A stretch of DNA of 64,000 nt from Eledone cirrhosa (Eukaryota): the NCBI GenBank assembly GCA_964016885.1, contig OZ024748.1, forward strand, positions 38,192,001 to 38,256,000. The letters are read 5' to 3'. The stretch's first letter is position 1, and each line of letters opens with the position of its first letter. The notes under the pieces are model-generated. The model saw only the letters and a program-made list of their open reading frames with translations, was not told the origin of the DNA and ran no database searches. The position numbers were made by a program, and so were the translations under genes. Shown here piece by piece: positions 14,481-27,508 of the stretch.

Positions 14481-14692
14481 ATATCTATAATTTGTAATAA
14501 ACGAAGCCAAATTTTACATATTTGACTTAATTATTTTACAGTACCAGTAATGAACTGGGTAATTTGGTGGCCTTGTGCCTAAAGTAGAAACAATTATTTT
14601 ACATCACCCCGGAGTAAACAGATCAACCTGCGTACTTCGTCGAGTGCTCCAATCTGCATACTAAGGTGTCGGTAAACAAACAACATATACCG

Positions 14693-15114
<422 letters not shown>

Positions 15115-15211
15115 TATTTTGCGAAATAAAAACACTAACTCATCTATAAGTTCTCTTCCCAATAGAGGAGTGTTTTTCTTTATGAACGGAAGAGTGGATA
15201 GAGAATGTCTA

Positions 15212-15244
<33 letters not shown>

Positions 15245-15293
15245 TGATATGAGGTGGAGGATGGCTAGGCAGAGAGCCGGTTCTCAAGATACA

Positions 15294-15330
<37 letters not shown>

Positions 15331-15361
15331 ATATATGTATATATATATCTATATATATGTA

Positions 15362-15394
<33 letters not shown>

Positions 15395-15481
15395 TCATAT
15401 ATATACATATATATATAATTATATATATATATACCTCATATCAACAACAACTGTGGTAGAACAAGACTATTAAATATACAC

Positions 15482-15995
15482 TATAAGAGAGACTATAGTC
15501 ATAATGTGATAGTACATAGTGTGATATAAGAGAGACTATAGTCATACTGTGATAGTACATAGTGTGATATAATAGAGACTATAGTCATACTGTGATAGTA
15601 CATAGTGTGATATAAGAGAGGCTATAGTCATATTGTGATAGTACATAGTGTGATATAAGAGAGACTATAGTCATAATGTGATAGTACATAGTGTGATATA
15701 AGAGAGGCTATAGTCATACTGTGATAGTACATAGTGTGATATAAGAGAGACTATAGTCATACTGTGATAGTACATAGTGTGATATAAGAGAGACTATAGT
15801 CATACTGTGATAGTACATAGTGTGATATAAGAGAGGCTATAGTCATATTGTGATAGTACATAGTGTGATATAAGAGAGACTATAGTCATAATGTGATAGT
15901 ACTTAGTGTGATATAAGAGAGGCTATAGTCATACTGTGATAGTACATAGTGTGATATAAGAGAGGTTATAGTCATATCGTGATAGTACATAGTGT
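15482..15995. repeat. 43-bp minisatellite, ~12 copies
   Basis: Unit TATAAGAGAGACTATAGTCATACTGTGATAGTACATAGTGTGA. Confidence 0.95.
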
Positions 15996-16470
15996 AGTAG
16001 AGAAAAATAGAAAGGAGGGGGGTTGGTAGATAAGTTAGGCGAGGCTATTTGTCGTGGCATTGCAACTGACGTGCTAGCGGCGAGAATGGCATTAGATCAT
16101 TTCTTCAATGCGAAACACGAAGGTTGCTTTGTCAGAGAAACGAGGGATCCAAAGCTTTTCGATGGGCCCACGTGGCAGAGGCGCAGCGTGGTAATAAAAC
16201 CACGATTCGGTGTTTGACGGACCGAGATGGACACGAACTGAGTGATTCCAAGCGGATGTGTGAGGCCTTTCGCCAACATTTTGCTCGATTGTTCGGGGGA
16301 AGTGGCGGGTCATAGATGGTGGCGGACTTCAGTCCCTACCTCGATGGCTTGCTGCAACTCTTGACGACCTACGCTGAGCGCTGCGAAAGGCCGATTACTT
16401 CAGCCGAGATTCAGGATGCCCTTGTCGGCTGCATGAGGCGCAAGTCACCCGGTTTGGATGGTCTGCCCTA
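15996..16470 (+). mobile_element. internal Tx1/L1 ORF2 fragment
   Basis: ALDHFFNAKHEGC, MCEAFRQHFARLF and KSPGLDGLPY match the longer copies. Confidence 0.85.
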
Positions 16471-16546
16471 TCCGGGCGCTTCCAACAGTAACGGTTGCAT
16501 TCTTTAAGGGTATGTCAATATTTATTTATAAAACTGATCTATATTA

Positions 16547-16611
16547 TATTTTATCTGATGAAAGCACACCATAATTTAACTTGGTGTCCTCGAAATATGT
16601 ATAATGAAATA
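16547..16611 (+). ncRNA. type-I hammerhead ribozyme, family C
   Basis: tattttat-CTGATGA-...acacca/tggtgt...-GAAA-TATGTA-TA-atgaaata. The base of stem II is imperfect. Confidence 0.7.
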
Positions 16612-16650
16612 AATATGGTTTTATAAATATAGTTTCCATTTGTTAATATC

Positions 16651-16733
<83 letters not shown>

Positions 16734-16848
16734 TGATATACATATATGATATATATATATATATCATATATGTATATATATATATATATCATATATGTAT
16801 ATATATATCATATATGTATCATATATGTATATATATATATATATATAT

Positions 16849-18049
16849 ATAGGAACGAGTAGGACCCCGACGGCTGAGCTCAAGCCGTTTCGACGGCTAA
16901 TTCTGGACCTTTTTTCTACGACAGATATTGCGACAATCAGGACTTCGGTACCAAGGAGAGATTCGGATTTATTACCTACAAATCTCCCCCTCCGAACCCT
17001 ATGCTCTCACCCTTCGAGAATGACCTTTTCCAACTGGTCAAGAACATTAAATTCAAACCCAGACACAACCGATTCCTACAAAAACTCCGTAGCAACTTAA
17101 CAGAGTATGATAACACCAACGATATCATGGAGCACTCGGATAAAACTGGTAACCTCTACTTTGTCAACCTCGACAGATACCACACACTGATCAGGAGCAG
17201 CCTAAACTCCACCTATAAAAAGGCTAACCACTCATGCATCGAGGACATAAATCGAGATGGACAACAAATTACCTCCAGCCTCGGGGTCGCCGACCGCACG
17301 GAACCCTAGACCCACGGACACCCTACTTCACACTGAAGGACCACAAATCCGATTTCGACCGCAAACCTTCTATCAGGCTTATAAACCCAACGAAGTCGGA
17401 CATAGGGAGAATCAGCAAAAAAATCCTAGACCGCGTGATACCAAAAGTTAAGCAACACGCCCGACTTAGCCTATGGGTCAATACCCAGAAAGTGATCTCA
17501 TGGTTCAGCAATATGGAAGAAAAACGAGACACTAAATTCATCCAGTTTGACATAGAGAGTTACTATGCTTCAATCACCTTACCGCTACTTACGGCTGCCT
17601 TGGACTTCGCCGAAACACTTGTGCCCATCACCGACCAGGAAAGAAAAATCATCCTCCACGCCAGGAAGACCGTCTTACTCATCGACAACTCCAAATGGAT
17701 AAAGAGAGCTCCCGACTCACCCTTCGACGTCAGCATGTGCGCGACGGATTCGGCTGAGGTCACAGATCTTATAGGATGTTTCCTAATAGCCAAACTCACC
17801 GATTTGTTTCCTGCATTCGGCGGTGGATTGTACTGTGATGATGGGCTCCTTACCCTTGAAAGGTACAACCCCAGTAGTACAGATCGGGTCCGTAAACAAT
17901 TAATTAAGAAAGAGTCCAGAATTAGCCGTCGAAACGGCTTGAGCTCAGCCGTCGGGGTCCTACTCGTTCCTATCACCCACTCTACTACCCTAAGTATTGA
18001 GTACATTGGTGCGTTATGGTCCACCTGGTTCCTTACCACATTTCCTTCG

Positions 18050-18099
<50 letters not shown>

Positions 18100-18204
18100 C
18101 GAAGGAGTAGAGTGGGTGATAGGAACGAGTAGGACCCCGACGGCTGAGCTCATATATATATCGTATATATATATATATATCGTATCAGGCTTATAAACCC
18201 AACG
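16849..18204 (+). mobile_element. PLE (Naiad-like RT) internal fragment bracketed by inverted terminal pieces
   Basis: ORFs 17001-17309 and 17234-~17913: TLKDHK, RLINPTKSDIGRISK, FDIESYY, YCDDGL. 16849-16908 is inverted relative to 17914-17973. A 3'-half hammerhead GAAA-CGGCT/AGCCG-TC lies at 17931-17953. Confidence 0.85.
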
Positions 18205-18328
18205 TATATATATCGTATATATATATATATCGTATATATAAATATACGTATATATATATGTATATATATATATTATATATATATATATATATATTGTATA
18301 TATATACATATATCTATATTGTATATAT

Positions 18329-18382
<54 letters not shown>

Positions 18383-18585
18383 ATATATAACGTATATATA
18401 TATATATATATATATATATTGTATATATAACGTATATATAATATATACATATATATATATATATTGTATATATAACGTATATATATATATATATATATTG
18501 TATATATAACGTATATATATACAATATATATATATTGTATATATAACGTATATATATATATATATATATATATTGTATATATAAC

Positions 18586-18626
<41 letters not shown>

Positions 18627-18627
18627 C

Positions 18628-18685
<58 letters not shown>

Positions 18686-18686
18686 C

Positions 18687-18738
<52 letters not shown>

Positions 18739-19826
18739 CATTGAACGCTTGGAATCATTTGAAAGCCTGACTAGTTTGAATACATGAATATTATGAAAGA
18801 GGGAATGTTAGAAGAAGAATAGATGTGGTGTAAGGTGGAAGGGGATATAATGGAGGGTGGTGGCTAGTGGATAGATGGAACTGTTTAGATATGGTAGGTA
18901 GAGAGGGGGCGGAGGTGGGGAGAAGGGGGATGGAGGATAGGAGGTAGGTGGGTGACAGAGGGGAATGGGTGGAGGAGAGAGGGGATGAGGAAAAGAGGAA
19001 GAGAGAGAAAGAAGTGGTGGAGGAATGGTGGTGAGATGTGGAGATGTGGAGGAGAGATAGGGGAAAGAAGAGTAAGAGATGGAGAGAGAATGAAGAGGAG
19101 GATGAGATGTGGAGGAGAGACAGTGGAGGGCTGGAGGAGGAGGAAGAGGAAGAGAGAGACAGAAAGAAGTACGATGGTAAAAGTTGTGTAAAAGATAAAA
19201 AGATTACAACGTTCCTTCTTCCATAAAGAGTTCCTTATTAAACATTCAATAACATATTTTTTCTTCTTCCGAAATAGATTCTATATCAACAGACTTTGGT
19301 GCAATTATTTTACATTCTTCTTCTTCTTTTTCTTCTTCTTCTTCTTCTTCTTCTTCTTCTTCTTCTTCTTCTTCTTCTTCTTCTTGGTGCTGCTGATGAT
19401 AACATAAAACGAATAATTGGTCTTTGAAAAAGAAAAAATTAATTATTTCTTTATTAATATCTCGCCAGACACTGAATCAAGGACCAACTATGAAATATGA
19501 ACGATGTTGTGAATGTGGATATAGAAATTATTATTAGAATGGGTAAAATTGAATATAGTCTATAGAATATTTGCATCATATTCTACCAATCTAATCTCTA
19601 TAGATTTATGGGAGGAAGACTATTGGGGAGGGGATAGAGCCCAATGTATTTACCCTAGTACTTCACTAATCCTTATTTTATTAACAATGGAAAGATGCCT
19701 TTCAAAGAAACAACAAATTATGAAAACTAGAAACACTCCTACAGAGAGCACAAAGATATTTCTATGAAATTCGGGTTAGAAAAAGGTTCCACGAGAAACG
19801 GTGATAAATAAGCGAATGTATTTTTT

Positions 19827-20018
19827 AATAATTGTCTCTACTTTAGGCACAAGGCTAGCAATAACCCAGTGTATTACTGGTACTTTATTTTATCGACCCC
19901 GTAAGGATGAAAGGCAAAGTCAACCTCGGCGGGATTTGAACTCAGATCGTAAAGGGACGTAACTATGCTGGAAAGCATGGCATCCGGGCCTCTACTGATA
20001 CTGCCAATCCACCGCCCT
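19827..20018 (-). mobile_element. tRNA-derived SINE, full length, with target-site duplication
   Basis: Reverse complement of the 14924 family. TTTTTAATAATT is duplicated at ~19822 and ~20022. Confidence 0.88.
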
Positions 20019-20140
20019 TAATTTTTAATAATTTTTAATACAAGTACGGCATATTGTTGAAATATCTTTGGTTAATGTAATAAAGGCTTCAACCTTTTAT
20101 ATTATTTAAAACGAGATCGTTATCCGTCGCTAACTTTTAT

Positions 20141-20210
20141 GCAGGGGTTCCTTGAGGCATGAAAACTATTTCAAGGGTTACACAAGCGGTAGAAAGGTTG
20201 GGAAACGCTG
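20141..20210. mobile_element. possible hAT/Charlie-type MITE terminus
   Basis: GGGGTTCC...AGAAAGGTTGGGAAACGCTG resembles a CAGTGGTTCCCAACCT-type TIR. The partner end was not found. Confidence 0.35.
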
Positions 20211-20929
20211 GACTAAATACTAAAATAACAACAGAGACAACAAAAGAACGTTTACCATCACGCAACAACAACATCAACACAACAATAATGTAACATCCAA
20301 AGCGATAACTAACTATCCATAAGACAGAGATGTAGACAGCTCAGACAGAGGTGTTTCTGTAACTGGTGGAACAGGAATGAAACGAAACTGATGCAGAAAA
20401 CATCAATAACAGCAACAATAACAACAACAATAATATGTGATATTATAAATGATGGATATTTGCGTAAAGTTCATGAAAAAGTGAGGAGAAATGAGTGAGT
20501 TGTGAAGAGGTGTAATGTGAGGGAAAGATAATCATTGAATGTCTGTTGAGCACGAAACATTAGGACGACTGAACAGAGTCAACGATTTAGAACAACAACA
20601 GCAATAACAATAACACTAACATCAATAACGACACTAACAATATTTAAAACGAAATTACAAGAACAATATTAGGGATATTTTCGAGAAATTAACTGTTTGA
20701 AACAACACATATGTGTCTATATATATATATATATATATATAAATGAGAGGTATAGAAATTGTTTTAGCGAGAAGCTAATAGTCTTCTATAACATATATGC
20801 GACTATGTCGTCAAGATGGGAAAAGTAGTTAACGTAAGATTTATGAAAAATAATTCAAACTCATCTCAAAAGAGAATCAGGATACAAATTCATCCACAGA
20901 ATTTAGTGAAATCCAGGGAAAAATCAATA

Positions 20930-23226
20930 GACCCTTAACTGTCCACACCGCTCTCACCCGCGCCCGTGCTGTCCACCGCTCCACCACCCTCACCCCACAC
21001 CACCGCACACCCACCCACCGTCTCCCCTTCCCCATCACCTACCACCCCTCCACCTTACCCCTCCACCGCACCATCCGCCGCCTCTTCCGACGCCTCCAGT
21101 CCGACCCCTCCACCTCCCACATCTTCCCAACCCCACCACTCCCCTCCTTCAAAGGCGCACGCAATCTCCGCACCCTCCTCGTCCACAGCTCCCTACCCCC
21201 TACCCACGCTCCCCCCCCGGTTCCTTTCCCTGTTCTAGGCCCTGCTGCAACACCTGTCCCCACATCACCAACACCACCACCTTCCAGGGTCCCAACGGCC
21301 ACTCTCTCTCTGTCCGGCATGCCTTCCGCTGCACCTCCTCCAACCTAGTCTACGGACTTCGCTGCACGGAGTGCAGCGCGACTTACGTCGGACAGACGGG
21401 ACGTCGCCTGGCGGACCGATTCACTGAGCACCTCCGGGATATTCGTCTCGGTGGTAGTTCCCCCATCGCCCGCCACTTTGGTGCCCCTGGACATTCCGCA
21501 CGCCATCTCACAGTCTGTGGCCTACTCCAATGCCACGGAACACCCGCCAATCTCCTCAGAGTCGAACAAAGAACCATCTTCATCTTACAGACCCACACTC
21601 CCCCCGGCCTGAACTCCCCACCCTTATTCCTTTAGCTTTCGACCGCCCCCTCCACCCACACATATCCCCCACTGACACCACTAACATACCCCTCCTTTTC
21701 ACCGCCCACCTCACAACTAACAATACTAACACCTCCACTCCACCCCTCATCCGACCACCCTTCCCCAACTAACATACTAACATCCCTCCCTTCTTCTCCT
21801 CCCCCCTCCTTATCACACGCACACACACACCGGCACATATATACACGCGCTCACACTAAACACACACCCTACTACCACCACTAACCCTCACCCCCACACC
21901 TCCATCCCACCACCCCGCAACTAACATCACTACTACCCCCTGACCCCAAGCACACGAACACACGCACCCACTTACACCACCCACCCCACACGCAACTAAC
22001 ATCACTAACACCCCCCAACCCCACGTACACGTACCCACACACCCTCGTACACCACCAACTCTACACACCCTACCACCACTAACCCCCACTCACACCTGCA
22101 TTCAACCCTTTCCCCACCTCCCGTATACTAACACCCACTAACACCCCCTTCATCAAACTACACACACACCAGTACACCACACTCCCTCCATCGACCCCCA
22201 CACCCTTCTCTCCCCGCTCCACCCACACCCTTTCTCCACACTCACTCATCCCACTAACACCTCTACTAATACACACACACACCCTCCTCACTCCAATTTT
22301 CACACCTACCCATCCTCGCCCCTTTACCATTCCACCCGACTGCTGCTATGCCCTCTGACCACCTCCCAGCACAAACAGACACACAGCACTCCCACCGCCT
22401 TGACCACTTCCTGTTGCGCGCGCACCCCACATCTCTCCTCTTCCGACCATCTCTTCATGGAATACTCGTATGCGGAACTTGACCACCGTGGAACCTACTA
22501 ACATCATAGGAGTTTACCAACATTTCAACCACATCCTCTTACGGAATCACCTATATAACTCACCCACACACACAGCCAAAAAAATGTTTTTTCTCCCACA
22601 CGCCACCTACACCCACAACACGCTTAAACCCCTCACACACGTGCTTTCCACCACATATTTACACCTTCAGCCTCCGGATTCCTCTCCCCCCAACCCCTCT
22701 ATCCACACACGCACAGACACTCCGACCTACACACCACCCCACCTCTTCCTGAACATGCAACCCCGTTCTTCCCCAACCCTTGCTTTCACATACACACACA
22801 CACACACACACGTACACCTACACACACACACCACCTTCAGCCCTCCCCGCTCAGACACCCCGTCCACCCGCCACCACCCCTACACACCCCACACCCTTCC
22901 ACCACCTGTTTTACCCCTTTTTAATTTCAGTTTATTTTGATCATGCTTTTATATTTATTTTTATTTCATTTCATTTTATTTTGATCATGCTTTATTTTTA
23001 TTTTTATTTTTAATCTCATTCGCACCGTTTCCTCCCACCCCTTTTCGCTATATGTCTCTCCACCACTCCCCTACACACCCTTTGAACTCTCTTCCCACAC
23101 ACTTCTCACCTGAGGAAGGGCTTATGCCCGAAACGTCGTTCCCCACCACCACCCCACTCTCCAGAGCGTGAAATTAATAAACATTCGTTGTACTGCCTCT
23201 CTGTTTTGTTCCTGTTCAAATTTTCC

Positions 23227-23229
<3 letters not shown>
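20930..23229 (+). mobile_element. 5'-truncated PLE: linker, zinc knuckle and GIY-YIG endonuclease (~20930-21640), C-rich 3' region, terminal hammerhead
   Basis: Manual translation SFKGARNLRTLLVHS..PCSRPCCNTC..NLVYGLRCTECSATYVGQTGRRLADRFTEH. This frame lacks a start codon, so it is missing from the ORF track. Confidence 0.88.
23108..23139 (+). ncRNA. minimal PLE-type hammerhead ribozyme
   Basis: ac-CTGAGGA-a-GGGC ttat GCCC-GAAA-CG-TC-gt. Helix III is palindromic ACGT and stem I is only 2 bp. Confidence 0.7.
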
Positions 23230-23297
<68 letters not shown>

Positions 23298-23466
23298 GAT
23301 ATATATATATATGATATATATATATATATATATTGTTATATTTGGGGAGGGTCATATTTGCGTAATATTGCCAGAATTAATAACAGAACACACTCACTGT
23401 TTGGTTGGTTTTCGCTTCTCGCTGTCTTTTATATATATATATCTGCGATCTAACTTACTCGCAAAA

Positions 23467-23523
<57 letters not shown>

Positions 23524-23526
<3 letters not shown>

Positions 23527-24228
23527 AAGATCGGAATTAAGAGTATTCCGCAGTTCACTGTAATAATAATAATAGTATTAGCTCAAAGAAGAATAGAGAA
23601 TTTCCTTCTGAGCTCAAATGCAAATATATATTACACAAAGAGAAGTGTGTTACACAGTAAGATGTGTGTAAAGAATTACTACAAGTGAGTTTACCGTTAC
23701 TGTATAGAGAACAATATCTACAGGTTTAGCAATTAAATAGAAAAAAACTAAGCCAGAATCAAATCTCTGGATTAGAGTTTTAAATTACGAACCTTATAAC
23801 TATATTTTGCTGATACGAATCTCGCTTCGTTTCACCACTTATATGTGAAGTATATCAGGTCACATGATCCTCAGTCAGCAAATGCGAACACTGAACACCA
23901 CACATCTAACCTCATGGATAGAGAGATAGCTAATACACACGCTGCCCAGAGTAGGGCGAAATCACGTGTTATTTGCATCAAATAACGGCTCTCATGGATT
24001 AGGGAAGACGCTAGAAAGGGCAGCCCAACCATTCGAATTTATTAGCTCAACAATTTGGAGCTCATTAAGTACACAAAGATCGGAATTAAGAGTATTGCGC
24101 AGTTCACTGTAATAATAATAATAATAGTATTAGCTCAAAGAAGAATAGAGAATTTCCTTCTGAGTTCAAATGCAAATATATATTACACAAAGAGAAGTGT
24201 GTTACACAGTGAGATGTTTCCCTTTGTG

Positions 24229-24235
<7 letters not shown>
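23524..24235 (-). mobile_element. non-coding retrozyme-like element, family D (549-bp unit plus ~143-bp terminal redundancy)
   Basis: 23524-23666 repeats at 24073-24217. Short inverted end CTTTGTGTAATATATAT. (TA)n flanks. Contains a hammerhead. Confidence 0.78.
23806..23882 (-). ncRNA. type-I hammerhead ribozyme (GUA)
   Basis: Minus strand tttgctga-CTGAGGA-stem II (atgtga/tcacat, imperfect base)-GAAA-CGAA gcgaga TTCG-TA-tcagcaaa. Stem I is a perfect 8 bp and helix III is 5 bp. Confidence 0.85.
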
Positions 24236-24262
<27 letters not shown>

Positions 24263-24302
24263 CGTTTCTGAATTTATTTAGCCAGATTCTTTATCTGAAA
24301 AC

Positions 24303-24396
24303 GTGACGAAAGAACTTTGACAATATATAAACAACCATCTGGTTGTGGAACCAACCAACCAACCGGAAATTTATTGACCTCCCAAAGTATAACAAT
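24303..24396 (+). mobile_element. 3'-terminal stub of the PLE at 49368-51926
   Basis: GTGACGAAAGAACTTTGACAATATATAAACAACCATCTGG... matches 51771-51841, followed by the terminal GACCTCCCAAAGTATAACAA. Confidence 0.8.
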
Positions 24397-24434
24397 ATAT
24401 ATATATATATATGTGTGTGTATGTATGTATATAG

Positions 24435-24508
<74 letters not shown>

Positions 24509-24614
24509 TAACAGATTTTAATAAATATTTGCTCTACGGTTCTTATATATTTGATATATATTTATCCTTATCGAGCCCTCTTTGGATTTTAGTCTTCAAA
24601 TTTATTATTATTAC

Positions 24615-24717
<103 letters not shown>

Positions 24718-24824
24718 ATATATGTCTGTGTGTGTATGTATATATATATGTATATATATATAAGTGTGTGTGTGGGGGTGTGTGTGTATGTATATATATA
24801 TATGTGTGTGTGTGTGTATGTATA

Positions 24825-24861
<37 letters not shown>

Positions 24862-24863
24862 TT

Positions 24864-25002
24864 ATAACGAAGGAAATGTGGTAAGGAACCAGATGGACCA
24901 TAACGCACCAGAGTACTCAATACTTAGGGTAGTAGAGTGGGTAATAGGAAAAGGTATGACCCCGACGGCAGAGCTCAAGCCGTTTCGACGCTCATACCTT
25001 TT

Positions 25003-25007
<5 letters not shown>
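24864..25007 (-). mobile_element. 3'-terminal stub of the 16849-18204 PLE family with fold-back 5' end
   Basis: Reverse complement of 17927-18052. 24944-24959 is inverted at 24992-25007. Confidence 0.8.
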
Positions 25008-25060
<53 letters not shown>

Positions 25061-25119
25061 GAGAGAGATTGAGACACATAGGGAAAGATATATATATATA
25101 TTTCCCTATCTAACACTCA

Positions 25120-25425
25120 GTCTTTCTCTCTGTCACCCTCCCCTCCACTCTCTCTATCACCCCCTCTCTGTCTGTCACCCTCCCCTCCTCTCTCTCTATC
25201 ACCCCCTCTCTGTCTGTCACCCTCCCCTCCTCTCTCTCTATCACCCCCTCTCTGTCTGTCACCCTCCCCTCCTCTCTCTCTATCACCCCCTCTCTGTCTG
25301 TCACCCTCCCCTCCTCTCTCTCTATCACCCCCTCTCTCTGTCACCCTCTCCTCCTCTCTCTCTATCACCCCCTCTCTCTGTCACCCTCTCCTCCTCTCGC
25401 TCTCTATCACTCCCCCTCTCTCTCT
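25120..25425. repeat. 42-bp pyrimidine-rich minisatellite, followed by (CAC)n to ~25617
   Basis: Unit CTCTCTGTCTGTCACCCTCCCCTCCTCTCTCTCTATCACCCC (14-aa period in the ORF track). Confidence 0.9.
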
Positions 25426-25779
25426 AGTACTTGTGTCCACTGTTGTCCACTACCACCACCACCATCACAACCACCACTACCACCTCAACTACCACCACCA
25501 CCACAACCACCAACGATACCACTATTACCACTATTACCTGTACCACCACCACCACCACCGCCACTACTACCACCACCACCACCACCACCACCACTACCAC
25601 CACCACCACCACCACCAGGCTGTTCCAAGCATTCATTTAAAAACGTTCTTAGTACAGAGTTTTTTGTTTTTGATGGTGCTAGGTAGGTCTGATGAGAGAG
25701 GGAGGTCTGGAAAGATGGCGGCAGGTAGGAGAGCGATTAACAGGTTGGTTATGGTGGGTGAGGAGTGTGATGAGCTGTA

Positions 25780-26978
25780 GATATCAACAGCCAACAGTGA
25801 GATATCTACAGCCAGCAGTGAGATATCAACAGTCAACAGTGAGATATCTACAGCCAACAGTGAGATATCTACAGCCAGCAGTGAGATATCTACAGTCAAC
25901 AGTAAGATATCTACAGCCAACAGTGAGATATCCACAGTCAATAGTGAGATATCTACAGCCAACAGTGAGATATCCACAGTCAATAGTGAGATATCTACAG
26001 CCAACAGTGAGATATCCACAGTTAACAGTGAGATATCCACAGTTAACAGTGAGATATCCACAGTTAACAGTGAGATATCCACAGTTAACAGTGAGATATC
26101 CACAGTTAACAGTAAGATATCTACAGCCAACAGTGAGATATCTACAGCCAGCAGTGAGATATTCACAGCCAACAGTGAGATATCCACAATCAACAGTGAG
26201 ATATCTACACCCAACAGTGAGATATCCACAGTTAACAGTGAGATATCCACAGTCAACAGTGAGATATCTACAGCCAACAGTGAGATATCTACAGCCAGCA
26301 GTGAGATATCCACAGTCAACAGTAAGATATCTACAGCCAACAGTGAGATATCCACAGTCAATAGTGAGATATCTACACCCAACAGTGAGATATCCACAGT
26401 TAACAGTGAGATATCCACAGTCAACAGTGAGATATCCACAGTCAACAGTGAGATATCCACAGTTAAGAGTGAGATATCTGCAGCCAACAGTGAGATATCC
26501 ACAGTCAACAGTGAGATATCTACACCCAACAGTGAGATATCCACAGTTAACAGTGAGATATCCACAGTTAACAGTGAGATATCCACAGTTAACAGTGAGA
26601 TATCCACAGTCAACAGTGAGATATCTGCAGCCAACAATGAGATATCCACAGCTAACTGAGAAATCTACAACCAACAGTGAGATATCCACAAACGAAAGTG
26701 AGATATCCACAGTCAACAGTGAGATATCCACAGTTAACAGTGAGATATCCACAGCCAACAGTGAGATATCCACAGTTAACAGTGAGATATCCACAGTCAA
26801 CAGTGAGATATCCACAGCCAACAGTGAGATATCTACAGTCAACAGTGAGATATCCACAGTTAACAGTGAGATATCCACAGTCAACAGTGAGATATCCACA
26901 GCCAACAGTGAGATATCCACAGCCAACAGTGAGATATCCACAGCCAACAGTGAGATATCTACAGCCAACAGTGAGATA
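25780..26978. repeat. 21-bp minisatellite, ~57 copies
   Basis: Unit GATATC(C/T)ACAG(T/C)(C/T)AACAGTGA. Confidence 0.97.
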
Positions 26979-27025
26979 TTAATGTAGCAGAATATCTTTC
27001 TTTAGGAATTGTATTATTATTATTA

Positions 27026-27508
27026 CTAGCAGAAAAACCACCCTTTGGGTTGTTTTCTCCTATCTTGTGTAGTGTGTGTATTGATATTATACGCAAGTAT
27101 ATATACATGTAGATATGATACGTCAAATAATATCGTAATTGACAATATACACAGAAATTGTAGAGAGTCTGTGTTACACTGTCTTATGTAATCAGTAACG
27201 TAATCCATGATACATTTAAAAAAAGACGATATTATAAATAAACTGCATTAGGAGAAAATTAGTGACAGAAAATTAATATGTTTATTTAAGCGATCGCCAC
27301 CGGAAGTGTTGACATTTGAAAATTTTAAAGAAGGGAATCTTTAAATAAATAATAAAATATATTTAATGAACAGCCACGAAATTTAGTAGATAAATTATGT
27401 AATATTCATTCATTATTTATTCAAAGTAATCCAACTTATTTTACTAATGGGATAAAAAAATTATAAACCGTACGCAGTCCCGTGCTTCTTACTTTATTAT
27501 AGTTTAGA
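27026..27508 (-). mobile_element. non-autonomous Helitron-like element, second family
   Basis: Minus-strand 5' end A|TCTAAACTATAATAAAG. 3' hairpin AAAAC.ACCC aaa GGGT.GTTTT, then CTAG|T. Confidence 0.6.

Noticed and set aside
15482-15995. CRISPR-like regular repeat (also 28389-29218 and 43489-44867)
   Set aside because: No unique spacers and no cas genes, in a eukaryotic context.
25618-25779. Unique island between repeats with an AG acceptor on the minus strand (possible host exon)
   Set aside because: All frames hit stops, with no recognisable protein and no partner exons.
25633-26987. Long ORFs of 338-431 aa on both strands
   Set aside because: They arise from a stop-free 21-bp tandem repeat.
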